A stretch of DNA of 64,000 nucleotides, taken from NCBI GenBank assembly GCA_951406725.2, contig OX597831.1, forward strand, positions 40,052,001-40,116,000, written 5' to 3'. The number at the start of each line of letters is the position of its first letter. The stretch's first letter is position 1. Shown one piece after another: positions 55,154 to 64,000 of the stretch. A program made the translations under genes and the position numbers. The DNA is from Octopus vulgaris (taxonomy: Eukaryota). A model generated the notes under the pieces. It had not been told where the DNA came from and ran no database searches. It saw nothing but the letters and a program-made list of their open reading frames with translations.

Positions 55154-55702
55154 TGGGCTTATGTCGAACACCTGCTGTTGCATTCGAGAAGAGTACAACT
55201 GTCGAGCGAATCTGTAATTAAGATCGTTCCGCCGATCTCCCTGAATAGGGAGGAGCGAGCCTGTTTTCTCTCGGTAGTTGCAGTGGCGAAAGAAGTAATA
55301 TGGAAGATGGGAGTGAAAGGAATTGCAACAGGCATGTTCATCTCCAGTCTCGGGCTCATCGACTTTTTCGTTTTCCACATGAAACGGAAAATAAGGCTGG
55401 AGAAGAAATGCCTGTCACAAAGTGTGTTTCGTAAAAGATGGAAGTCTATAGCAAGTATGTTGCGAGTGAGAGGACCTGTTTAATCGAGAATGTAAAAAAA
55501 GGAGAAAGCAAAGTCTTCAGTGTGAGTATGTGGTTTGTGGGGTCAACCGTGTCCTCCGCTTCATTTTTTGTTAATCACTCATTCTCATTTAATTGTATAT
55601 ATTTTAATTGTTTGTTTATTCGATACCCTGACCCCAACGTTTGTTTTGTCTGTCCCCGTATTGTCCCCTCTTTTTTCTCAACCTTATGGTGAATAAAGAA
55701 AT
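55154..55702 (+). mobile_element. 5'-truncated L1/Tx1-clade LINE inserted in (TC)n
   Basis: WAYVEHLL...AVAKEVIWKM...FRKRW...* resembles a Tx1 ORF2 C-terminus. T-rich 3' UTR, AATAAA end, (TC)n on both sides. Confidence 0.7.
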
Positions 55703-56403
55703 ACTCTCTCTCTCTCTCAGTTGGAGAGATCATATAACCTACAGAGAGCTATACCAAAGCCTGCCTTGACTGTCTGACACCATCCAGCAGAGAAGATTAT
55801 GTTTTGCTGGCCATTGCGACAGAGCTAGGGACCGAGAGTTTTATAAGTTTTTAGTTTTGGTCACCATTGGGAAACGACCGAGGCAGAGGAGCAGGAATGG
55901 AGATCTTACCAAAAATGCTCAGAAATGATACTGGCATGAACTCTGATTCTGAAGTCATGGTCTTGATGGGGGACAAGGACAGTTGGAAGCAGAGAGTGAA
56001 GGGTGTTATAGTTTCATCCATGGAGGACAGTTGGTGATGATGTTAGACACCTACACAAAACCACTATGGTCTTCTTTCGGTGTCCATCTACAAAATCCAC
56101 CTGCAAGTCTTTGGTTGGCCCAACTTATATTAGAAAACCCTTACCCAGTGTGGTGCACAGTGAGACTGAACCTAAAATCCCCTGATTGGGAAGCAACACA
56201 CCCAACTGCAAGGCATGCCTTTACCAAAAAAAACTATCAATTCTGTCTTATTTGTGGGTTTACTAAAGAAACATTACTAGTTCTGTTGTATACTCTTGCA
56301 AAAAAAAAAACCATTAATTTAGCTATGGACCCTGATGTATTTATTAAACTCGAAGAATTTCACTGCTGTAACTCATTATCATCTTCATTTCTCTCTCTTG
56401 TAG

Positions 56404-56498
56404 ATGTTCAAAGAAAAAGCCATAGACGTCGGAAACAAACTGCTCCCAGCATTTGATACCCCAACTGGTATACCCCAGTCCATGATCAACCTTAAAAC
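56404..56498 (+). CDS. MAN1A: Next coding exon (95 nt, phase 0/2) of the same GH47 alpha-1,2-mannosidase
   Basis: CTCTCTCTTGTAG acceptor, then MFKEKAIDVGNKLLPAFDTPTGIPQSMINLK(T), then AC|GTAAGT donor. LLPAFxTPxGIP is the GH47 motif that directly follows the previous exon, and the phases are compatible. Confidence 0.96.
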
Positions 56499-56614
56499 GT
56501 AAGTACTTTGTGTTGTTTATATTTATTTACGGTTCTATATTTAAGAGACGAGGAATTGTTTACATTTGATGAATATTTGATAGAGAGACAGCAGTAGATG
56601 ACTTGCTGTAGAGG

Positions 56615-57070
56615 AGGCCATGCTGGGGCACTACCTTGAAGAATTTTCAGTCAAACTAATCGACCCCAGTACTTGTGTTTATTTTTTAAGCCTGGTACTT
56701 ATTCTATCGGTCTCTGTTACTGAACTTCTAAGTTACAGGGATGTAAACACACCAAAACCAGTTGTTAAGCAGTGGTCAAACAAAGACACACACTCATATT
56801 TATATGGTGGGCTTCTTTCAGTTTCCATCTACCAAATCCACTCCCGAAGCTTTAGTCAGCCCGAGACTATAGTAGAAGACACTTGCCCAAGATGCCGCAG
56901 AGTGGAACTGAACCCGGAACCATTTGGTTGGGAAGCAAGCTTCTTACATTATTTACATTCGACGGATATTTGTCCTCATCTTGTTTGTTACATATCCGTT
57001 GAATGTAAATAATGTACGTAATTGCTCATCTCTTAAATATAGAACTGCAAGCTTCTTAGCACACAGCCAC
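56615..57070 (-). mobile_element. SINE family A copy with a palindromic MITE fragment inserted at about 56947-57046
   Basis: GCAAGCTTCTTA is duplicated on each side of a hairpin TACATTATTTACATTC..GAATGTAAATAATGTA. Confidence 0.65.
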
Positions 57071-57086
57071 TGTGTATTAGCTGGAT

Positions 57087-57473
57087 GATGGAAGCACTCC
57101 ATCGGTTACGACGACGAGGGTTCCGGTTGATCCGAATCAACGGAACAGCCTGCTCGTGAAATTAACGTGTAAGTGGCTGAGCACTCCACAGACACGTGTA
57201 CCCTTAACGTAGTTCTCGGGGATATTCAGCATGACACATAGAGTGACAAGGCCGGCCCTTTGAAATACAGGTACAACAGAAACAGGAAGTAAGAGTGAGA
57301 AAAAGTTGTGGTGAAAGAGTACAGCAGGGATCACCACCATCCCCTGCCGGAGCCTCGTGGAGCTTTAGGTGTTTTCGCTCAATAAACACTCACAACGCCC
57401 GGTCTGGGAATCGAAACCGCAATCCTATGACCGCGAGTCCGCTGCCCTAACCACTGAGCCATTGCGCCTCCAC
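57087..57473 (-). mobile_element. Full-length tRNA-derived SINE, family D3, with 11 bp TSD
   Basis: TSD ATTAGCTGGAT at 57076-57086 and 57474-57484. Head GGAGGCGCAATGGCTCAGTGGTTAGGGC..GTTTCGATTCCC. Confidence 0.88.
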
Positions 57474-57708
57474 ATTAGCTGGATAGACAGATAGAGATGC
57501 AGGTATGGCTTGTGTAGTTAAGGAACTTGTTTTCCAAACCATTTGGTTTTCCACTCAGCCCCAATGCACAGCACCTTGGGTATGTCTTCTTCAAAAGCTT
57601 GGGCTGGCCAAAGCCTTTTAAGGGGATTAGGTAAATAAAAACTGGGAGGCATTTATCATGTGTTTGTTTGCATTTGCGCTTCTCCAAAAATCACCAGTTC
57701 CGAGAGAT

Positions 57709-58073
57709 GTTAGTTAGTTAGTTAGTTAATTTGGTTCAAAAGCAAATAGCAAGGCCATGTAGGGGGACATGGAGTTAAGTACAGGGTGGTGTTCATGTAA
57801 AGAGTTCAGGCCACTTGAGGTCCAGGGAGGCTTTGAACAAAGCGGTCGTCGGCATCTTCACCATCTCGTCTGGCAGCTTGTTCCACGGATCCGCAACCCG
57901 GACGGAGAAAGCTCCTCTCCTTCGATTGAGATGAAATCGTCGCAGGTAGAGCTTTTCGGAATGACCCCGCAGCCGACGCTCCGGAGCAGGAGTGAAGAAC
58001 AGCTCTTTCGAGAAGTTACACTTCCCGCTTATGATGTTGTTGGGCGAGAATGAGATCACCACGGCGGCGGCGT
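57709..58073 (-). mobile_element. 5'-truncated CR1 LINE, near-identical inverted copy of 7535-7887
   Basis: Same ORF2 end and (CTAA)n tail. About 6 differences counted by eye. Confidence 0.92.
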
Positions 58074-58534
58074 GATGATGTTTTTAATCTCCATTGTCAA
58101 CCAAACACCTACTGGGTTTGTGTATTCGAAAGCGCGTAAAATAAGAGATCCTGTGCTTGGAAATACAGAAATGGGTTAACAATAAGAAGGGTATCTAAGC
58201 AGGGGGAAAAAAAAAGGAAAACAATACCTTGATAATATATTTGATTAACTTGTGTTTTAACAGGGGAAACAAATGAACGTAAAAATGAACAAACATGTGC
58301 GTGCATGCGCTTGTGCGCATTGTCTGCAAAATATATTCTTGTCAAGTGGCAGGCAAAAAGCACTTTACTCTTGAATCACTTTCTGCTGATTAAAAATACA
58401 AAACTGTGTGTATATGTGCATGTGTGTGTATGCATTTATATTTGTGTGTATGTATATGTGTATGCATGTATAAGTGTATACGTATATGTTTGTGTGTGTG
58501 TATGTGCGCGTGTATATATATATATATATATAAA

Positions 58535-58568
<34 letters not shown>

Positions 58569-59249
58569 GTGTTGCTGAAATGTTCCTGGATTTAGGTAAA
58601 ACAAAATACTGGAGGATCGGTTGTGATTTTATTCATAACCTCTCAGATTCACAGACTTATTGCAGTGGTCCTTCAGGTTTTCTAAGACCCGTAAAAGAAC
58701 TTGGAAGGTTGGGCCTCCAACCAGCCCTTTCATGAAACCCTTAAAGCCAGGTGATCTAACTTGAAACCTTTCATCAAATTTTCATGTTAATTTATGTTCC
58801 AAACACCAGTTTAATAAATACAGTTATTTTACTAAATCCTTCATTATTTTCAAAATTAATTGAGACCAAAATTTTATGCTCTTGTGTTATTTTCCACAGA
58901 CTAATGAAGACAAAGTTATTTTACTAAATACTTTTTTTAATTTTCAAAATTTCAAAACTGAAACAAAGGCAATGTAAGTCAAGAGAAATATGGTAACAAA
59001 AGAGTTAAAGTGATCTAAATTTAAACCTCCCATCAAAATTTCATGTTAAATTCTGTTCCAAAGACCAGACTAATAAAGACCAAGTTATTTTGCTAAATCT
59101 TTCGTTATTTTCAAAATTAAGTCAAACAAATGCAGTGCATCTCAACAGAAATATCGTAATAATTGGTTTAAGTATCTTCGAAACTGAATCTGTGCTTGAA
59201 GATACGCCAATTGTATATGTGTGTGTGTGCTTTAGGTATGAGTCTTTTC

Positions 59250-59322
59250 ATTTCTGTTGCCTAATGGATAAGGCGTCTAATTTTGAATCAGAAGATTGTG
59301 AGTTCGGGTCTCGTCGTGGTCG
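59250..59322 (+). pseudogene. tRNA-Arg(TCG)-derived pseudogene
   Basis: GCCTAATGGATAAGGCGTCT..ATCAGAAGATTG..GTTCG..CGTGGTCG matches the metazoan tRNA-Arg(UCG) pattern. Acceptor 5' strand and anticodon arm are mutated. T-run downstream. Confidence 0.75.
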
Positions 59323-59344
59323 ATTTATTAGCTTTTTATTTTGT

Positions 59345-59593
59345 CCGTGCCTATGGCACATAAAAAGCACCAACCAATCGTGGCCGTTGCCAGCCTCCTC
59401 TGGCCTCTGTGCCAGTGGCACTTAAAAAGCACCTACTACACTCACAGAATGGTTGGCATTAAGAAGGACATCCAGCTGTAGAAACACTGCAAGATCAGAC
59501 TGGAGCCTGGTGCAGCCTCCTGGCTTCCCAGACCCCGGTTGAACCATCCAATCCATGCTAGCATGGAAAACGGACATTAAACAATGATGATGA
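59345..59593 (+). mobile_element. RTE 3' UTR element (family C)
   Basis: Family C units and (GAT)n tail. Confidence 0.75.
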
Positions 59594-59613
59594 TTTGCAA
59601 TATAACTTTCAAT

Positions 59614-59941
59614 TGTGAAGGTGCATAGCTTATTGATTAGAGCATTCGACTCGCGATTGTAAGGTCGTGAGTTCAATTCCCAGTGACGTGTTGTGTCCTT
59701 GGGCAAGACACTTTATTTCACATTGCTCCAGTCCACTCACCTGGTGAAAATGAGTTGTACCTGTATTTCAAAGGGCCAGTCTTGTCGCATTCTGTGTCAT
59801 GCTGAATCTCCCTGAGAACTACATTAGGGATACATGCGACTTTGGATTGCTCAGCGACTTGCACACTAATTTCATGAGCAAGCTGTTCTGCTTATCATAT
59901 CAGCTGTGACCCTCGTCGTTGTAACCGACGGAGTGCTCCCG
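59614..59941 (+). mobile_element. Full-length tRNA/CORE SINE, family D1, with 13 bp TSD
   Basis: TSD TATAACTTTCAAT at 59601-59613 and 59942-59954. CORE-like TGTCCTTGGGCAAGACACTT. Confidence 0.88.
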
Positions 59942-60314
59942 TATAACTTTCAATACCAAATAATACACACACATTCATCTTACATGTGCAGGCATAAATA
60001 ACCTGTGTACTGTTATGCTGTCATGGAAGAACAAAACAGATTGAATAAATAATACTGTATTGTAATAATAGTACTGTATGAAATGTTCCTTCTTCAAAAA
60101 AAACCTGGCACCTCTATGGTTCTCTTATTCCCCTAAACTTCAAAAGACTAAGTTGGCTTGCTAGGCCAAACCATCAGCATCACCACCACTGCCAAAACCA
60201 CCAGCCAATAATCGCTAATCCATACTCAAGATTAAGTTATTTAACCAAGAAATTAAATTATTGATACAGAATGCAAGAGAATAGTATATGTATGTTTGTG
60301 TGTGCGTATATATA

Positions 60315-60696
60315 TCTCTCTCTATATAAACGGCAGTTTGTCTGTGCGTTTTCTGTGTGTCTGTTTTCTCGTACACTCACTCTGACCACGGCTTTCAACC
60401 GATTCTGATGAAACTTGACACACACATAGCCCAATGTCATAATTCAAAACTAACGCAGCGAAAATTTTGAAAAGTTCCCCCAGTTCTGAAAAAAATCGAT
60501 AAATTCGACATGGGGTCGAGAATCAGAAACCCAAACCACAGACCGTCTCGGGGACGCAACTCCACCTTTTTTAACTCTCAAAAAATTTACCATCATTTTT
60601 TTTCCATTTTTTTGCTATTTTTTGGCTATAACTCTCTAAAAATGCTTTATAGTTATTTCCCTTACAAACCTGAGCAACGCCGGGCGATACTGCTAG
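60315..60696 (+). mobile_element. Non-autonomous Helitron
   Basis: A|TC start, subterminal GC hairpin (CCTGAGCAACGCCGGG), CTAG|T end, no TSD. Confidence 0.75.
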
Positions 60697-60901
60697 TATA
60701 TATATATATGCATACATCTTTGTGTGTGCAGATATCTATATATATATATGTATATATATATATATGTATGTATATATTTATGTATATGTGTGTATATACA
60801 TGTGTGTCTATATATATATATTTATGTATATGTATAAATGCGTGTTTATACATGTGTGTATGTATATATTCATGTATGTGTATATGTCTATATACATGTA
60901 T

Positions 60902-61275
60902 TCTTTTACTTGTTTCAGTCATTTGACTGCGGTCATGCTGGAGCACCGCCTTTAGTCAAACAAATCAACTCCAAGACTTATTCTTTGTAAGCCTAGTACT
61001 TATTCTATCAGTCTCTATTGCTGAACCACAAAGTTACTGGGACGTAAACACACCAACATTGGTTGTCAAGCGATGGTGGGGAACAAACATAGACACACAC
61101 ACACACACACATATATACATACAATGGTCTTCTTTCAGTTTCCGTCTCCCAAATCCACTCACAAGGCTTTGGTTGGCCCGGAGCTATATTAGAAGGCACT
61201 TACCCAAGATGCCATACAGTGGGACTGAACCTGGAACAGTGTGGTTTGGAAGCAAGCTTTTTACCACACATCCAC
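60902..61275 (-). mobile_element. SINE family A copy
   Basis: Reverse complement of family A. Confidence 0.85.
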
Positions 61276-61406
61276 TCAAGTGCCTCTTACCACACACCCA
61301 ATACATCAAGCGTATCAGGACAATTAATCCCCCCAACAACAACTACCCCCTAGGACAATACACCCCCCTTGGTTAAATACCCCCTCTCCAATATGTTAAG
61401 TTTTAA

Positions 61407-61627
61407 CCCTCTAGTGTTCGCATTATTCTGCCAAAATTAATCCTTTTTTATCCACTTTGCCTTGAACTAATCATGCATTATCTTGTAGCTTTGAGATTTT
61501 GATGAGGTAGCTGTTCATTTTTAAAACAATATTGTAGGGCTGGTGTGAGAGACCAGATCTGGCCAATTTGAACATAAAACAGGCAGAATACTTTTGGCCG
61601 GATATGGCCGGTTTGAATGCTAAAGGG
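61407..61627. mobile_element. piggyBac-like MITE; related fragments at about 9165-9345 and 31460-31632
   Basis: TTAA|CCCTCTAGTGTTC ... GAATGCTAAAGGG|TTAA. Confidence 0.6.
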
Positions 61628-61969
61628 TTAAATCATCACCTGTTACTCTCAGGGGTAATTGTCTTTGGTGGTGTTATTGTCCATGGGGTTAAATATCCTA
61701 GATTCACATTGAGATGTGTATATACATGGAGGAGTCAATCACGCCTACATGTGGGGAGTGGCTGCTGCTGAAAACATAATGCTGAAGGATTTGAATGGGT
61801 TAACAGAACCTTTAGAACCAGACATTTCCCAGACTACTCTTTTTCCGAAGATGGGCCTTTGTACCAGGAATATAAAGGGTTTTGTTAAACTTTATGCATT
61901 GTCAGAAGCTTGTCTATTTTTCCTTTTTCCACTTTTACAATGCTTCAAGTGAACTACAACACTGTTACA

Positions 61970-62453
61970 TCTATATGTGTTTGCATACATGTATAACTGT
62001 ATTTATACATATGTGTATGTATATGTGTGTATGTATTTGTATACATATATGTGTATATGTATGTGTACGCATACGTGTGTATATATATATGGATACATAT
62101 ATACGTGTGTATATATATATGGATACATATATACGTGTGTATATATATATGGATACATATATATGTGTGTATGTATATGTATACATATATATGTGTGTAT
62201 GTATACATGTGTGTGTATATATATGTATGGATACATATATGTGTGTATGTATATGTATACATATATATGTGTGTATGTATACATGTGTGTGTATATATAT
62301 GTATGTATACATATGTGTATGTATATATATGTATGTATAAATATGTGTATGTATGTGTGTATGTATGTATACACATGTATACAAATATATATGTATACAT
62401 ATATGTATGCATGTATATGCATACATATATGTGCATGTATGTACATACGTATA

Positions 62454-62507
<54 letters not shown>

Positions 62508-62525
62508 TACATACATACATATATG
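61970..62525. repeat. Compound (TA)/(TG) microsatellite with a 30 bp higher-order unit
   Basis: GTGTGTATATATATATGGATACATATATAC about 3 times. Similar alternating purine-pyrimidine tracts at 1215-1570, 22870-23230, 23710-24600, 42080-42595 and 48235-48590. Confidence 0.9.
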
Positions 62526-63203
62526 GAAGGCCATCATATATCTGCAACTTCTGAATATCAACAACAGATGTTTTGCATTACTATATGAGGGAGAGAGAGA
62601 GAGTTCCGGAAAGACCTGAATTCTCCTGAAGAACTCTTGTCTGTTTACATGTTTCGTGTTTTATAGTTAATTTATTTCTGTGTGTTTCCCTTTTGAAAAA
62701 TTCTATATATTTATTTATTTGTCTCGTTTCTGGTTCGTCTCTCAGTTAATTATTTCTCCTTTTGAAGTTTCACGATCTGGTCGCTTTGAAGTTCCATGAA
62801 ACTTAACCCCCCACCCCCCAACCTCTTCATCCTCATCCTCATCATTATTGTGTTTACTGTTGTTTCTATAAATTCTGGTGCATTGTGGAAACGGTGACGA
62901 AAAAGTGTGCCTCGTGTATTTGTCAGGCAGTCGCCATTCACACTTTTGCCTCCCCCTCCGCCTCTACATCCTCCTCTTACTCTTACTCCTCCCACCCTAA
63001 TTCCCATACTCACAAGACTTTTGGACGACCCGAGGTTTATACATACATACATACATACATATATATATGAAATATAACCTGGTACAACCCTTTGGTTGGT
63101 CTGTTCTTATTGAAGCATCTAACTCATGCCAGCATGGAAAAGGAGATGTTAAATGATGATGGTGTGTGTTTATGTGTGTCTATATACATATATATACACA
63201 CAC

Positions 63204-63241
<38 letters not shown>

Positions 63242-63964
63242 TTTCTCTCCTTGTTTCTTTCTGTGGAAGAGCGTAGGCTCGAAACGTAAATTCCCAAGCG
63301 TTATACTAATACGTCTGTTTGTCTTCTACACCACCTGTCTTCATCTTTTGTTTTTTTCATGAATTCTCCCTGTATATATATATATATAATCTTATTCTTA
63401 TATTTACGTACATACATAGATAGATATATGTGTATATGATACAGTGTAATATAATATAATGAGATATCATCATTGTAAGGTTAGAAAACCCGTAATAATG
63501 GGTCTGAAAGTAATGAGAATGAAGATTGATACATAAAAAAAAATGTGTTGTTATTTTTAAAAAAATATATACCAATAAACAAGTGCACAAGCATAATATA
63601 TATATATATGCATACACACGTGTATATATATATTTACATAAACACTTTAACATATACACACACAATGGCAATATATACCGTAATGTATTATTAGACAATG
63701 AATGAATTTGAACACAGGATTATATTGTCAGTACGATAGAGATATATATTAGAGAGAAAATAGGCCTGCCCACACCATAGGTCTAGGGGGTGCGTAATTA
63801 TGAGGTTTGTAATGACAATATTATAGGCATAATGTGTGTGTGTGGCAAGGTATAATGATGTCTTTTTGAAAGGGGTTGCTGAGGGAACAGATTTATATCC
63901 CAATTTCAGGTTGCCAGTTTGTAATATTTTAACTGGGTTTATATGGCTTCATTGTTGTATACAT

Positions 63965-64000
<36 letters not shown>

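Larger units (their letters stand above)
9811..56403 (+). other. 46.6 kb GT-AG intron of the MAN1A-like gene
   Basis: The two exons join in frame to give contiguous GH47 sequence (...ALTGDK|MFKEKA...). No intervening GH47 sequence was found. Confidence 0.88.

Noticed and set aside
191-63903. Most ORF-track entries ([12 protein letters not shown], poly-I/V/H proteins)
   Set aside because: They are translations of microsatellites and SINEs. The real exons are too short to appear in the track.

Overview
Eukaryotic, AT-rich, repeat-dense DNA. The tRNA-derived SINEs, TA/ATT microsatellites and very long introns look like a coleoid cephalopod, most likely Octopus (inference from repeat recognition). 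The window lies inside a + strand Golgi class I alpha-1,2-mannosidase gene (GH47, MAN1A-like). Two coding exons are visible, 9730-9810 and 56404-56498, separated by a 46.6 kb intron; neither appears in the ORF track. Almost all listed ORFs are microsatellite or repeat artefacts. The rest of the window is SINEs of several families, 3' fragments of CR1, RTE and Tx1 LINEs, mariner/Tc1 derivatives, piggyBac-like and foldback MITEs, Helitron/Helentron-like elements and a tRNA-Arg pseudogene. Most notable: (1) about ten type I hammerhead-ribozyme-like motifs of Penelope/retrozyme type, including a ~350 bp hammerhead-bearing unit with terminal direct repeats; (2) two near-identical inverted CR1 copies that bracket both exons, a back-splicing/dsRNA geometry; (3) a SINE and a LINE sharing a 3' tail hairpin with compensatory changes. 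All alignments and folds were done by eye, so repeat boundaries are approximate.
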